The notes: generated by a model from the letters alone, not told the origin. Shown: positions 54,688-63,441, numbered from the stretch's first letter. The stretch is 64,000 bases of DNA from Candidatus Micrarchaeota archaeon (GCA_964358895.1 CAYHPR010000002.1:30773-94772), one strand, 5' to 3'. Translations and numbers: made by a program.

Positions 54688-55407
54688 ATGGTTACGTATT
54701 CTAAACCAATTAATTCTAGAATGACTAAAAGATTTGCTGAGTTCATAGGTATTTTGATAGGAGACGGACATTTAGAGTATCGTAAAAGAGGAAGTTATTT
54801 TAAGATAACAGGAAATCCTAAAACCGAAATAGATTATTACGAGCACGTTGCTAGACTTGCATCCGAAATTTTAAAGAGAAAGATTAAACCGAGAATAATG
54901 GATACTGGGCGGTCAATAGGGATTTCTTTCGGTTCTAAAAGATTAGGTGAGTTTTTATTTAGACTAGGTTTTCCTAAAAAGAATAAATGTCATACAGTTA
55001 AAATTCCTAAAAAGATTCTCACAAAAAGAAATTTATCCATAGCTTGTTTAAAAGGAATTTTTGATACCGACGGTTGTCTTACTATTAAAAGAAGATACAG
55101 AGAAGATCCGTATTATCCTACGGTTAATATTACGCTAGCGAACAAACCTTTAATCATTCAAATTTCAAAAATACTTGATAGGTTGCGAATGGAACATTGT
55201 AGAGTTTTAGATAAGTGTTATTATGATGAACGAACTAAAAAATTTTATACAAAAAGTTTCATTTATTTGTACGGATTTACAAGAGTTCACAAATGGTTCA
55301 AAGTGATAGGCTCAGGTAATCCGGCAACTATTCTAAGATATAAGGATAAGGTGAAGGAGCATTATAGCGGAGAAAGGCTAATTCAGTTTAATAAAAGAAA
55401 AAAGTAG
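54688..55407 (+). CDS. Free-standing LAGLIDADG homing endonuclease (double-motif)
   Basis: Motifs FAEFIGILIGDGHL and ACLKGIFDTDGCL. It has its own GGTGAG-N3-ATG ribosome-binding site and lies on the strand opposite to the flanking tRNA genes. Confidence 0.85.
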   Translation: MVTYSKPINSRMTKRFAEFIGILIGDGHLEYRKRGSYFKITGNPKTEIDYYEHVARLASEILKRKIKPRIMDTGRSIGISFGSKRLGEFLFRLGFPKKNKCHTVKIPKKILTKRNLSIACLKGIFDTDGCLTIKRRYREDPYYPTVNITLANKPLIIQISKILDRLRMEHCRVLDKCYYDERTKKFYTKSFIYLYGFTRVHKWFKVIGSGNPATILRYKDKVKEHYSGERLIQFNKRKK

Positions 55408-55410
55408 AAG

Positions 55411-55598
55411 TAGCGGGAGATGGAGACTCAGGAATTAGATTTGTCTAAATTCCATTTGAATTCGACGGACATAAGACGGCTCTTAAGTCCTCCATCGATC
55501 TCCGGGTGACTCAGAAAGCTTTCTCTCTTATGAGCTTCGCCTTCTACAAGTTTTAACTTGTAAAATCCGGCGGGCACTCCAAGCTACCCTACCCCGCT
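55411..55598 (-). tRNA. Initiator tRNA-Met (CAU), apparently split into five exons by four inserts
   Basis: AGCGGGGTAGGGTAGCTTGGAGTGCCCGCCGG[31]GCTCATAA[21]CCCGGAGATCGATGG[31]TTCAAAT[30]CCATCTCCCGCTA. It has A1:U72, three G:C pairs closing the anticodon stem, and 75 nt after removal of the inserts. Confidence 0.65.
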
Positions 55599-55621
55599 AC
55601 GAAATAAGTATCTTCGTGTAG

Positions 55622-55630
55622 ATTTATATT
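55622..55630 (-). promoter_or_regulatory. TATA-box-like element upstream of initiator tRNA
   Basis: Minus-strand AATATAAAT is centred about 28 nt upstream of the tRNA 5' end. Confidence 0.4.
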
Positions 55631-55693
55631 CTCTTGCGATCTCTGCGCGAGAGGCTACGTAGGTTATTTATACTTTGAAAAAGTAAATTAAAT

Positions 55694-56356
55694 ATGGCTA
55701 CAGTAGCATTGGCGACACAGGTCCCCAAAAATAATAATAATGGTAATTCACATAGGATTGCTACAAGCATGATTCTTAGAGATAGTTCAAAACTCATGAA
55801 ATTAAAAAAAGAATATGAGAGTAAACACAATTTTTCGTTAACCTCATTCGTTTCCCATCCGTTAAGCTACTTACCAATACTCAGCACATTGATCAGCCGA
55901 TTTGGAGACCTTAGTGGAAAACATGTACTCGAAATAGGCAGTGGGGCTGGAGAATTCCTTTATGTACTCAATAGTTGTGGCGCTATAACGCTTGGGATCG
56001 ACTGGACTGGAGCTCTAGGAAACTTTTCAAAACAAATCGGAGTGAAAACATTAACGGATGATGTCTTTAGTCTTATTGGTTCTCCATACAAGTTTGATGC
56101 AGTCATAAGCAAGGGCTTCTTGACTCCAACAATTCTTGATCCAGAATTCGATGATAAATTCGAGATTAATCTTGAGAAATTTTTGAAGCTTACATACAAC
56201 TGGACAAGCGACGGTGGAGTAGGTATTCATTTGTATCCTACAGCAAGAGAGATCTCAAACCAATTATGTGCTTCGGCAGGATACAGCTCCAGTCTAACAA
56301 GGCAGATTTATTATAAAAACAATCCGTATAAAACAATTCTATTATTGGAAAAGTAA
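55694..56356 (+). CDS. SAM-dependent methyltransferase-like protein
   Basis: VLEIGSGAGEF motif I; FDAVISKGFL. Start uncertain. Confidence 0.6.
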   Translation: MATVALATQVPKNNNNGNSHRIATSMILRDSSKLMKLKKEYESKHNFSLTSFVSHPLSYLPILSTLISRFGDLSGKHVLEIGSGAGEFLYVLNSCGAITLGIDWTGALGNFSKQIGVKTLTDDVFSLIGSPYKFDAVISKGFLTPTILDPEFDDKFEINLEKFLKLTYNWTSDGGVGIHLYPTAREISNQLCASAGYSSSLTRQIYYKNNPYKTILLLEK

Positions 56357-56441
56357 CAGATATCTGTTCAGACATTACGGGCGTATCTGATTTGGCAGGT
56401 TCCACCACATCAGAATAAATGCAGGTCTGTTTGCTAGTGTG

Positions 56442-57134
56442 ATGAAAGGGTTTCTTTCATTTCTTTTATTTCTGTCAATTTCTTCGACTTTGATACTATT
56501 GGTTTCATACCGTAACAATCTCGAAGCAAGTTCAAATGAAATTGCAACAAATCTGCTGCTAATGGAGACAAGGAAAGGATTAGAACTGGATTTGAAAAGA
56601 GCAATAACTAAAACGATGGCTTATTCTGCACAGAAAATAATTCGGACTGCCACGGCTGAGGAAATAATTACTGGCGTTGCTGAAGGTCTGGTACAGCTAG
56701 AATCATTAGAAGCGTATTATTATGGACGACACAATGTTACTGTTAATTTTTGGTGCGGCACACCGACTGAACAAGATCTGAAGTTAACAATACAAAAGAT
56801 TAGAAATGCCAGTAATAAATCAGGGAATACTAAGGTAATCTGTAACAACTGTGAACGGTTCAGCTCTTTTGCTATTAAGCAGTCAAACAATGATCAAAAA
56901 TTAGTTAGAGCATGCACGAAATTTCTTTCAGCAAATACATTGGAAAAGACACTCTCTATATCTGATCCCGACTTGCAGGTCGTATCTTTAGATAATCCCC
57001 TGGTAGAGTTGATGGCATCATATTCTGGAGATCCAGCTTTCGGTGCATTTATCTATGATCAAAAAAACGACATCGGTTCAGTTATTTTGATTCCAAAATC
57101 TTCAAAAATAAATTGGGATATTAACGGAGAATAG
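56442..57134 (+). CDS. Pilin-like protein (class III signal peptide)
   Basis: MKGFLSFLLFLSISSTLILLV N-terminus. Confidence 0.5.
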   Translation: MKGFLSFLLFLSISSTLILLVSYRNNLEASSNEIATNLLLMETRKGLELDLKRAITKTMAYSAQKIIRTATAEEIITGVAEGLVQLESLEAYYYGRHNVTVNFWCGTPTEQDLKLTIQKIRNASNKSGNTKVICNNCERFSSFAIKQSNNDQKLVRACTKFLSANTLEKTLSISDPDLQVVSLDNPLVELMASYSGDPAFGAFIYDQKNDIGSVILIPKSSKINWDINGE

Positions 57135-57136
57135 TT

Positions 57137-57442
57137 ATGATAGGACAGTTATCTCTTGAATTTTTAGTAGCACTTTTAATCTACACAACTTTTTTGCTAG
57201 TTTTGCTAAACTCACAGCAATTGTCCAAGATCAAAATTAAAGAAAGTTTATCATTTCAAAAAATTAAATTGAATATGCTAAACTCACTAATATCAGAGCA
57301 ACATATCCTCAATAGATTTCTTTCTTTCTCTGTCTCACAAGATTGTGTAATAACTGAAACTGAAATATTTTGCAAAGATTTAGGCGAATTGTTATCCGAG
57401 CGTATATTCATCAATAAGTCAAGTGAGGGATATCTGGAGTAG
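57137..57442 (+). CDS. Pilin-like protein (class III signal peptide)
   Basis: MIGQLSLEFLVALLIYTTFLLVL, the same GQLSLEF motif as in ORF 10869..11294. Confidence 0.6.
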   Translation: MIGQLSLEFLVALLIYTTFLLVLLNSQQLSKIKIKESLSFQKIKLNMLNSLISEQHILNRFLSFSVSQDCVITETEIFCKDLGELLSERIFINKSSEGYLE

Positions 57443-57462
57443 TCGACGTGATAGGTGGATTT

Positions 57463-57894
57463 ATGAAAGCATTTGCTATGTTTGATATTTTATTTGCAAT
57501 TCTTGCAGTCCTTTCACTTTTGTATTTAGGAAACAATCTGATCTCTATTGTGTCAAAGTCTATTTACGATGAGAGTAAGACGACCGATAATCTAGTCAAG
57601 TTAATCCTTCTATCAAATCAACTAGTAAGATGGGATTTAGCCTATAATGAAAATAGCCGAGTGTTTTCAAACAAAATTGATCAAAATGCGTTTAAAAATT
57701 TAGATTTATCAAAATATCTGCAACAGTTCAATTTTTCATACGTTTCAATTTCTAGTTCTGAAATTGTCAGAACTAGCAATGCTAACAACAAAAACGAAAT
57801 CGAAAAGGAAAAGTTTGCAGATTTATACTGCCAGCAACGGTTTATTCTGAATTCTGTTGACAAGGTTGATTCTCTTGAGATATGTGCGAAATGA
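57463..57894 (+). CDS. Pilin-like protein (class III signal peptide)
   Basis: MKAFAMFDILFAILAVLSLLYL N-terminus. Confidence 0.5.
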   Translation: MKAFAMFDILFAILAVLSLLYLGNNLISIVSKSIYDESKTTDNLVKLILLSNQLVRWDLAYNENSRVFSNKIDQNAFKNLDLSKYLQQFNFSYVSISSSEIVRTSNANNKNEIEKEKFADLYCQQRFILNSVDKVDSLEICAK

Positions 57895-58285
57895 CAAGCA
57901 GGAAAAACTTAGAAAAGGATTCATATTTACTTTGGAAGTGATAATTAGTTTGCTGAGTCTATTTCTGTTACTTTCAAGTCTTCAGATAAATAGTCAGAAT
58001 AGTCGTGTCTATCCGACTTTGGCTAAATTCCTAATCCTTTCGGATTCTCACGAAATAATTGAAAAAGGATTCAGCTCAGAGCTTTCAGATTTTATCGACA
58101 ATGGATTTAAAGATGAAAAACTTGTACAAATATTTGACCTAATTTATCAAAAAACTAGGAGTCGCACGTATATACAATCTGATCAACAGTGGCTTCCGAA
58201 CGAATGTGAGCGAGAGATATCTACGGAACGTTTGGTAACTACTTCAAAAGGTTTTCACTTTATTGAGATTGGGGTTTGTAAGTAG
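57884..58285 (+). CDS. Pilin-like protein (class III signal peptide)
   Basis: ..KLRKGFIFTLEVIISLLSLFLLL. The start (GTG at 57884) is uncertain, and it overlaps the preceding gene. Confidence 0.45.
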   Translation: MRNDKQEKLRKGFIFTLEVIISLLSLFLLLSSLQINSQNSRVYPTLAKFLILSDSHEIIEKGFSSELSDFIDNGFKDEKLVQIFDLIYQKTRSRTYIQSDQQWLPNECEREISTERLVTTSKGFHFIEIGVCK

Positions 58286-58301
58286 AATAAGCACGCTGTG
58301 A

Positions 58302-58550
58302 TTATCTTTTTTTCTTTCTCATTTTTTTAGCTGCTTTCGATCTTATTTTTTCTTGTAGAGCTATGGTTGTTACGAAACCAGTGCTAACTGCTGAAATTCC
58401 AACCAACACAGTGCTAACTTCTGGAGAAAAGAATGCGCCTATGGTCAACATTCCAAGTCCTGCGGCAGTCCCGCCATACACTCCTTCTAATATTATCGGC
58501 ACGGATTCGTGGAGTTCAAGTTCATCTGGGAATAAAATTTCCTTGACCAT
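58302..58550 (-). CDS. Small membrane protein with basic C-terminus
   Basis: 82-aa ORF with 2 TM helices (Gly-zipper-like) and a KKMRKKKR tail. Confidence 0.4.
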   Translation of the reverse strand: MVKEILFPDELELHESVPIILEGVYGGTAAGLGMLTIGAFFSPEVSTVLVGISAVSTGFVTTIALQEKIRSKAAKKMRKKKR

Positions 58551-58626
58551 TTGGTATCTATCATGCCTTAGGTCGGGTTATTTATAAGACTTGCGGTAAC
58601 CATATTATTGTCTTAAAACGACGAAG

Positions 58627-58750
58627 GCCAGGGTAGCTCAGTTTGGTTAGAGCGCCAGACTCATAAGATCTTAAAACTCAAGACCGATCGATGTCTGTCA
58701 TCGGTTTCTAAGAAATCTGGAGGCCGAGTGTTCAAATCCCTCCCCTGGCA
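58627..58750 (+). tRNA. Elongator tRNA-Met (CAU; could be tRNA-Ile2) with a 49-nt intron at 37/38 (58666..58714)
   Basis: GCCAGGGTAGCTCAGTTTGGTTAGAGCGCCAGACTCATA[49]ATCTGGAGGCCGAGTGTTCAAATCCCTCCCCTGGCA, with one U:C mismatch in the T-stem. Confidence 0.8.
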
Positions 58751-58761
58751 TTAGTGATAAA

Positions 58762-59844
58762 ATGGTTGTAAATCTTCTGTCAAATACCGATGTGATCTCA
58801 AGGACAATCTCCTTATCAGATAATCAATTGGTCACTCAGATGTCCAAATTTGTAGATATATTTACCTACCCTATTCTGTTTATTTTTGCTTTATGGTTAT
58901 TTTTTTATAAGTTCAAAGGAGATAAACAAAAAAGAAACGCAATATTGCTCTCCTCCATACTTCTAATCGTTGCGGTCCACGCAACAAAAACATTACTTTA
59001 CCAACAGCGACCATGCTGGCAGGATACTGCTTCTAAAATTGAATGTCCTCTAGATTCAACATTTCCATCAGGTCATGCTTCGGTCGCTGCACTATTAGTT
59101 TTGCCTTTAATTCAATCAGCACTGTTTATTCCATACCTTATATTCACCCTATTTGTTGCGTTTTCTAGAGTTTATCTAGGTGTGCATACAGTCCTCGATG
59201 TTTCTGCTGGATTTGTTTTTGGCACTGCAGCATATCTAATTACAAGCAGATTTCTTACTAGCAATTCTTTTAAGAAGAATAATGGGGAATTAATCAGACA
59301 GGCTACACACATCTTTTCTGGAGTTGTTTCATTAGGCTTGTTGTTATTGATATACTATTCTACAACTGACTGGAGAGCATTAGCTGCCTTAACTTTCGCC
59401 TTCTTAGTAATTCTTTTGTTGTTTATCATCTATTTGATGAAATATTCCATCCGGATACCTTTCGTAAGCAATCATCTGAAGGTCATAAGTTTCAGAGATT
59501 CTTTTATAGGTGAAGCAGCAATATGGTATCTGCTAGGTATTATCCTTCTTGTAACTTTTTTGAATAATTTTCAGCAGATTATTGCATCACTTCTTATTCT
59601 GACGTTGGGAGACAGCGTTTCTACAGTTTTTGCCTCAAAATTAAAAAGTAAAACAATATTCAAAAATAAAACGCTCGTATCCTTTGCTGCGTTCATTCTT
59701 TTCTCTTTACCTGCTTTCTTTTTTGTTGGGGCTGCAGCAATTCCTTTGGTAATAATCTGTGCGTTAGCAGAATCAGTATACCTGAAAATAGATGATAATT
59801 TTCTTATTCCCGTAGTATGTGTGCTTTATTTCCTACTTCTCTAA
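58762..59844 (+). CDS. Fusion of PAP2 (type 2 phosphatidic acid/polyprenyl-diphosphate phosphatase) and dolichol/polyprenol kinase-like domains
   Basis: PAP2 motifs KTLLYQQRP, PSGHAS, SRVYLGVHTVLDV. C-terminal half: GEAAIWYLLG, LGDSVSTVFASKLKSK, KTLVSFAAF, DDNFLIP resemble the DolK/phytol-kinase (CTP-dependent) family. Confidence 0.65.
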   Translation: MVVNLLSNTDVISRTISLSDNQLVTQMSKFVDIFTYPILFIFALWLFFYKFKGDKQKRNAILLSSILLIVAVHATKTLLYQQRPCWQDTASKIECPLDSTFPSGHASVAALLVLPLIQSALFIPYLIFTLFVAFSRVYLGVHTVLDVSAGFVFGTAAYLITSRFLTSNSFKKNNGELIRQATHIFSGVVSLGLLLLIYYSTTDWRALAALTFAFLVILLLFIIYLMKYSIRIPFVSNHLKVISFRDSFIGEAAIWYLLGIILLVTFLNNFQQIIASLLILTLGDSVSTVFASKLKSKTIFKNKTLVSFAAFILFSLPAFFFVGAAAIPLVIICALAESVYLKIDDNFLIPVVCVLYFLLL

Positions 59845-59849
59845 CCTCA

Positions 59850-61682
59850 TTAAATCAGAGTGTTCAATTTTTCAATTAGTTTTTCCATTTCGCTAATAAC
59901 AAATCCAACCGATTCGCCAGATCTGACTATTGCTATTACAGAAAGAGATTTTCCACTATAAATCAAAATATTTTGATCTCCAGCTTTGATTAATACGAAC
60001 TTAGGTCTTCCTTTTTCAAGTTCCATTGAGGACATTTCTGCATTCGCCATTACCTTTGTGCCCATTGCTGCAATTAAATTGGGATCGACGTCTTTCGGCA
60101 TAAATGATGAGATTGTCAGGCCGTCTTTTCGCATGACTGTCATTCCCTCAATCTTTCCTGCCCTCATGAAATCTGTCAATATCAGATCAACCTCTTCTTT
60201 TCCAACTGCTGCAATTTTTATCTTCTTCAGAATCCCCTCTTCAATTGTCAATGCCTCGCCAAGATGCTCTGAGAGATATCTAGTTAATGCCCATTTTCTC
60301 CATCTTGAAGGAACAGCAGTCAGCATTTCTGCAGTTACACTATCCTTTGTAATCAGTAAATCATCTACGTTCTTTCGCCACATAGGCCAGCTTGTTAAAA
60401 CCTCTATTTTATTTTCCAAGCTGTCTATGGATGTTTGTACATTATTTATTGCGTTGACCAATGGTTTGACATAATACTCTGCATTTTCTTCATTAAGTTC
60501 GCTAGCTATTCTCTCTGCTTTATTCCTTTCAACTTCCATTACAATTTCTTCAGGCTCTGTATCAATTCCTTGAGTATTCTGTTGAGATATCTCTCTATCT
60601 AATCGGTCAATTGTGTCTAGCAATTGCTTGAGTCTTGCTCTTGCCATATCTATTGGAACTAAAAAGTATCTCTCACCTAGCACTATGCCTTTAAGCATGT
60701 CTGCTAAGACGTAATATATTGAAACGATTCCAAGAACGAATATTGCGATGCCGATAGTTTTAGGTACGTTCGATGCTAACCTCACTACAAGTGTTAGTTC
60801 ACCTGTTCCAGCTATTTCCTCAGTCATTACGATTGCAACGGTCCCTAAAATAGCTAATAAAATTCCAAGCGCAATCCATACTTGATTATCTTTTTTTCCA
60901 TGTCCAACCAATTTCAAATATTCCTTTTTTATTTCCGTTCTGCCTACAGTACTTCTAACATATGCAAATACTGCCATAAATAATTCGATCAGTACAAGAA
61001 ATACTATAACAATTATTGAGGTATACGCTGCTGTTGCCAAGTAGAAGCCTATTGTATTCGTCAGGAATTCGTAAATCGTTTTGTTCAGGCTACTTAACTG
61101 GACATAAATTGGGATTGCTTTTGGATCTATCACTTCAACTTCGATGGATGGAGCTTGTGCGTATCTATCAATCCATGCTCGGTTAATCTCCTGGAACGCA
61201 GTGACCGTATATTCAATTGTTTTTCCAATCTCTCCTCCACTTCCGAAAGTAAATCTCCATACCACAGTTATCGGTGGTTCTTTTCTTACTAGTTCACTGT
61301 ATTTAGGTGAGAATGAGAGTTTGTCTATTGAGGATGCCAATGAGGTAGGAATCGTTTCCTGAAGAACGATATTTGATATCTTATCTGTGGCGTTCGATAT
61401 AATGTTCAGTCTTACTACGACAATATTTCCAACTTTTCGTTGGACAAGTATCTCGCGGTGAACAGTCACTGTTCCAACAGTTCTGTCCTGAAACGTGTAA
61501 ATAATCTGATCAGGAATTCCATCTCCGTCCAAATCGATTGTCCTCTCTCTATCAATCGTTTCTTTTTCAGATGGATATACGCTTCTTTGGATACATCCTA
61601 AAAATACAAACGTAAGCATGATCGTAAGTAGGATCAATATTTTGCTATACTTAGTCGCCTTAGTTGTCATGGTTCTTTCCAT
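59850..61682 (-). CDS. Multi-domain membrane protein with C-terminal Roadblock/LC7 (MglB-like) domain
   Basis: Lipobox-like FLGCIQ, DLDGDGIPD, about 4 TM helices, a coiled-coil region, and a C-terminal ..MTVMRKDGLTISSFMPKDVDPNLIAAMGTKVMA...VLIKAGDQNILIY.. Roadblock pattern. Confidence 0.55.
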   Translation of the reverse strand: MERTMTTKATKYSKILILLTIMLTFVFLGCIQRSVYPSEKETIDRERTIDLDGDGIPDQIIYTFQDRTVGTVTVHREILVQRKVGNIVVVRLNIISNATDKISNIVLQETIPTSLASSIDKLSFSPKYSELVRKEPPITVVWRFTFGSGGEIGKTIEYTVTAFQEINRAWIDRYAQAPSIEVEVIDPKAIPIYVQLSSLNKTIYEFLTNTIGFYLATAAYTSIIVIVFLVLIELFMAVFAYVRSTVGRTEIKKEYLKLVGHGKKDNQVWIALGILLAILGTVAIVMTEEIAGTGELTLVVRLASNVPKTIGIAIFVLGIVSIYYVLADMLKGIVLGERYFLVPIDMARARLKQLLDTIDRLDREISQQNTQGIDTEPEEIVMEVERNKAERIASELNEENAEYYVKPLVNAINNVQTSIDSLENKIEVLTSWPMWRKNVDDLLITKDSVTAEMLTAVPSRWRKWALTRYLSEHLGEALTIEEGILKKIKIAAVGKEEVDLILTDFMRAGKIEGMTVMRKDGLTISSFMPKDVDPNLIAAMGTKVMANAEMSSMELEKGRPKFVLIKAGDQNILIYSGKSLSVIAIVRSGESVGFVISEMEKLIEKLNTLI

Positions 61683-61743
61683 CCTAAGCTTATTTTACCG
61701 TCGGTTTTAAATCTCTTTGGCACTTTACTATTTTCGTTTATTT

Positions 61744-63027
61744 ATGTCTGATTTCCTAAGGATCAATGCAGATCTGCATATGCACGGACTGTATGCGGGA
61801 GCAGTGTCAAAGGATATGATCCCTCGCGTGATCGCTGAGCAGGCACCGCTTAAAGGGCTTCAACTTGTTGGAAGTGCGGACATCCTTAATGGAAGATGGT
61901 TGAACCTAGTTAAGCAGCAACTTGAGCAGGTGGACGAGTCAATATTCATTCATAAGAATGGGACCCATTTCGTTCTTCAAACAGAAGTTGAGGACAACAG
62001 ACGGATTCATCACATTATTCTATTTCCTTCGCTCAGCAAGGTGCAAGAAGTAAAAGAGAGGCTAGCTGGTAAAAGTGCCGATCTAGATATCGACGGAAGG
62101 CCAAAATTATATCTCGGCGGTGCTGAGATTGCACAGATTGCAATCGATGCTGGCTGCCTTATCGGGCCTTCGCATGCGTTCACTCCCTGGACTGCAATAT
62201 TCAAAGAATACAACTCGCTAAAGGAATGCTATGGTGATCTCGCAGACAAGATCCATTTCATAGAACTCGGTCTTTCAGCAGATACAAATATGGCTGATCG
62301 GATTAGCGAACTTCATCGTGTCACGTTTCTAAGCAACAGCGATGCTCATAGTCCATGGCCGAACAAGATAGGTCGAGAATTCACTACTTTTACAATGAAG
62401 GAGATAACTTTTGACGAGTTAAGCAAAGCAATAAGACGGGAAGGCGGGAGAAAACCGGTGCTTAATGTCAAGTTCGATCCTAAAGAGGGCAAGTACCATA
62501 AGACTCGCTGCATCAATTGTCTCACTTTCTTCTCAGCTCTCGACGCCGCCACCTGTAAATGGAGATGTCCAATCTGCAGAAGTCCAATCAAGAAAGGAGT
62601 CGCAGAGAGAATAGAAGAATTGGCCGACCTAAAAGAACCGATGCACCCAGACCACCGACCACCGTGCCTTCATACTATTCCTCTATCAGAAATTATTGCG
62701 CTAGCATTGAAAACTAAACAGCCATACTCTGCTAAAGTTCAAGAAATGTGGAAACGTTTCATCAGTAAGTTTGGAAATGAAATAAACGTTCTGATAGATG
62801 CACAACCAAATGTCCTGGCGGAAATCGATCAGAAGACATCTGAGCTAATAGTCGCTTTCAGAAACAACCAATTCTCTTACGTTCCCGGTGGCGGAGGAGT
62901 TTATGGCATCCCCGTCCCTCCAGGCGCTGAGGCAACTATGAAAGTGTGGAAAAACGGCCAGGTTAACGAGACAACACTTAACGAACAGATTGATTCAAAA
63001 CAACGTTCACTAAGCGAATTTTTTTGA
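61744..63027 (+). CDS. Endonuclease Q-like protein (PHP-fold, TIGR00375 family)
   Basis: INADLHMHGLYAGAVSKDM..LKGLQLVGSADILNGRW, SNSDAHSPW, and a Zn-ribbon CINC..CPIC. These match my recollection of EndoQ. Confidence 0.65.
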   Translation: MSDFLRINADLHMHGLYAGAVSKDMIPRVIAEQAPLKGLQLVGSADILNGRWLNLVKQQLEQVDESIFIHKNGTHFVLQTEVEDNRRIHHIILFPSLSKVQEVKERLAGKSADLDIDGRPKLYLGGAEIAQIAIDAGCLIGPSHAFTPWTAIFKEYNSLKECYGDLADKIHFIELGLSADTNMADRISELHRVTFLSNSDAHSPWPNKIGREFTTFTMKEITFDELSKAIRREGGRKPVLNVKFDPKEGKYHKTRCINCLTFFSALDAATCKWRCPICRSPIKKGVAERIEELADLKEPMHPDHRPPCLHTIPLSEIIALALKTKQPYSAKVQEMWKRFISKFGNEINVLIDAQPNVLAEIDQKTSELIVAFRNNQFSYVPGGGGVYGIPVPPGAEATMKVWKNGQVNETTLNEQIDSKQRSLSEFF

Positions 63028-63102
63028 ATAGGTTCGATAACATGCTACCTAAGTAGGTGTTAAAGAAAGAAAAATAAAAAAAAATAAGAAAATAGAATTA
63101 GT

Positions 63103-63396
63103 TTAGATTCCTATAGTTTTTCTGTCAACGATAACATAGTCAGAAGCAGCAAGAATCGCAGTATACGGTATGTATACGTTGCCTTCTTCCTTTCTAGCCT
63201 TTCTCATGCTCATGTTGTCAGGGTTCGGTTCTACGACAAGTGTCTCTAGTCTTCCGTTCTTTTCGTTGATTATTATATCAACAAGTCGTCCTAGTTCTTC
63301 CCCGTCGTTTGTTATGAGTTTCCGTCCAGCTAGCTGCCTCGCTAGTAATAGTTTAACCATTACATCCACCTTCTGCATTGCATTTATAAATATCAA
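63103..63396 (-). CDS. PRC-barrel domain protein
   Basis: LAGRKLITNDGEELGRLVDIIINEKNGRLETLVVEP. Confidence 0.6.
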   Translation of the reverse strand: MIFINAMQKVDVMVKLLLARQLAGRKLITNDGEELGRLVDIIINEKNGRLETLVVEPNPDNMSMRKARKEEGNVYIPYTAILAASDYVIVDRKTIGI

Positions 63397-63441
63397 ATTT
63401 AAATATCTTTCGATATCCCGTCGAAAACCAAAAACACGCGC

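Noticed and set aside
55624-55830. 68-aa minus-strand ORF upstream of the initiator tRNA
   Set aside because: It overlaps the tRNA promoter and the 5' end of the plus-strand methyltransferase gene. Its hydrophobic shadow-like composition suggests it is not a gene.
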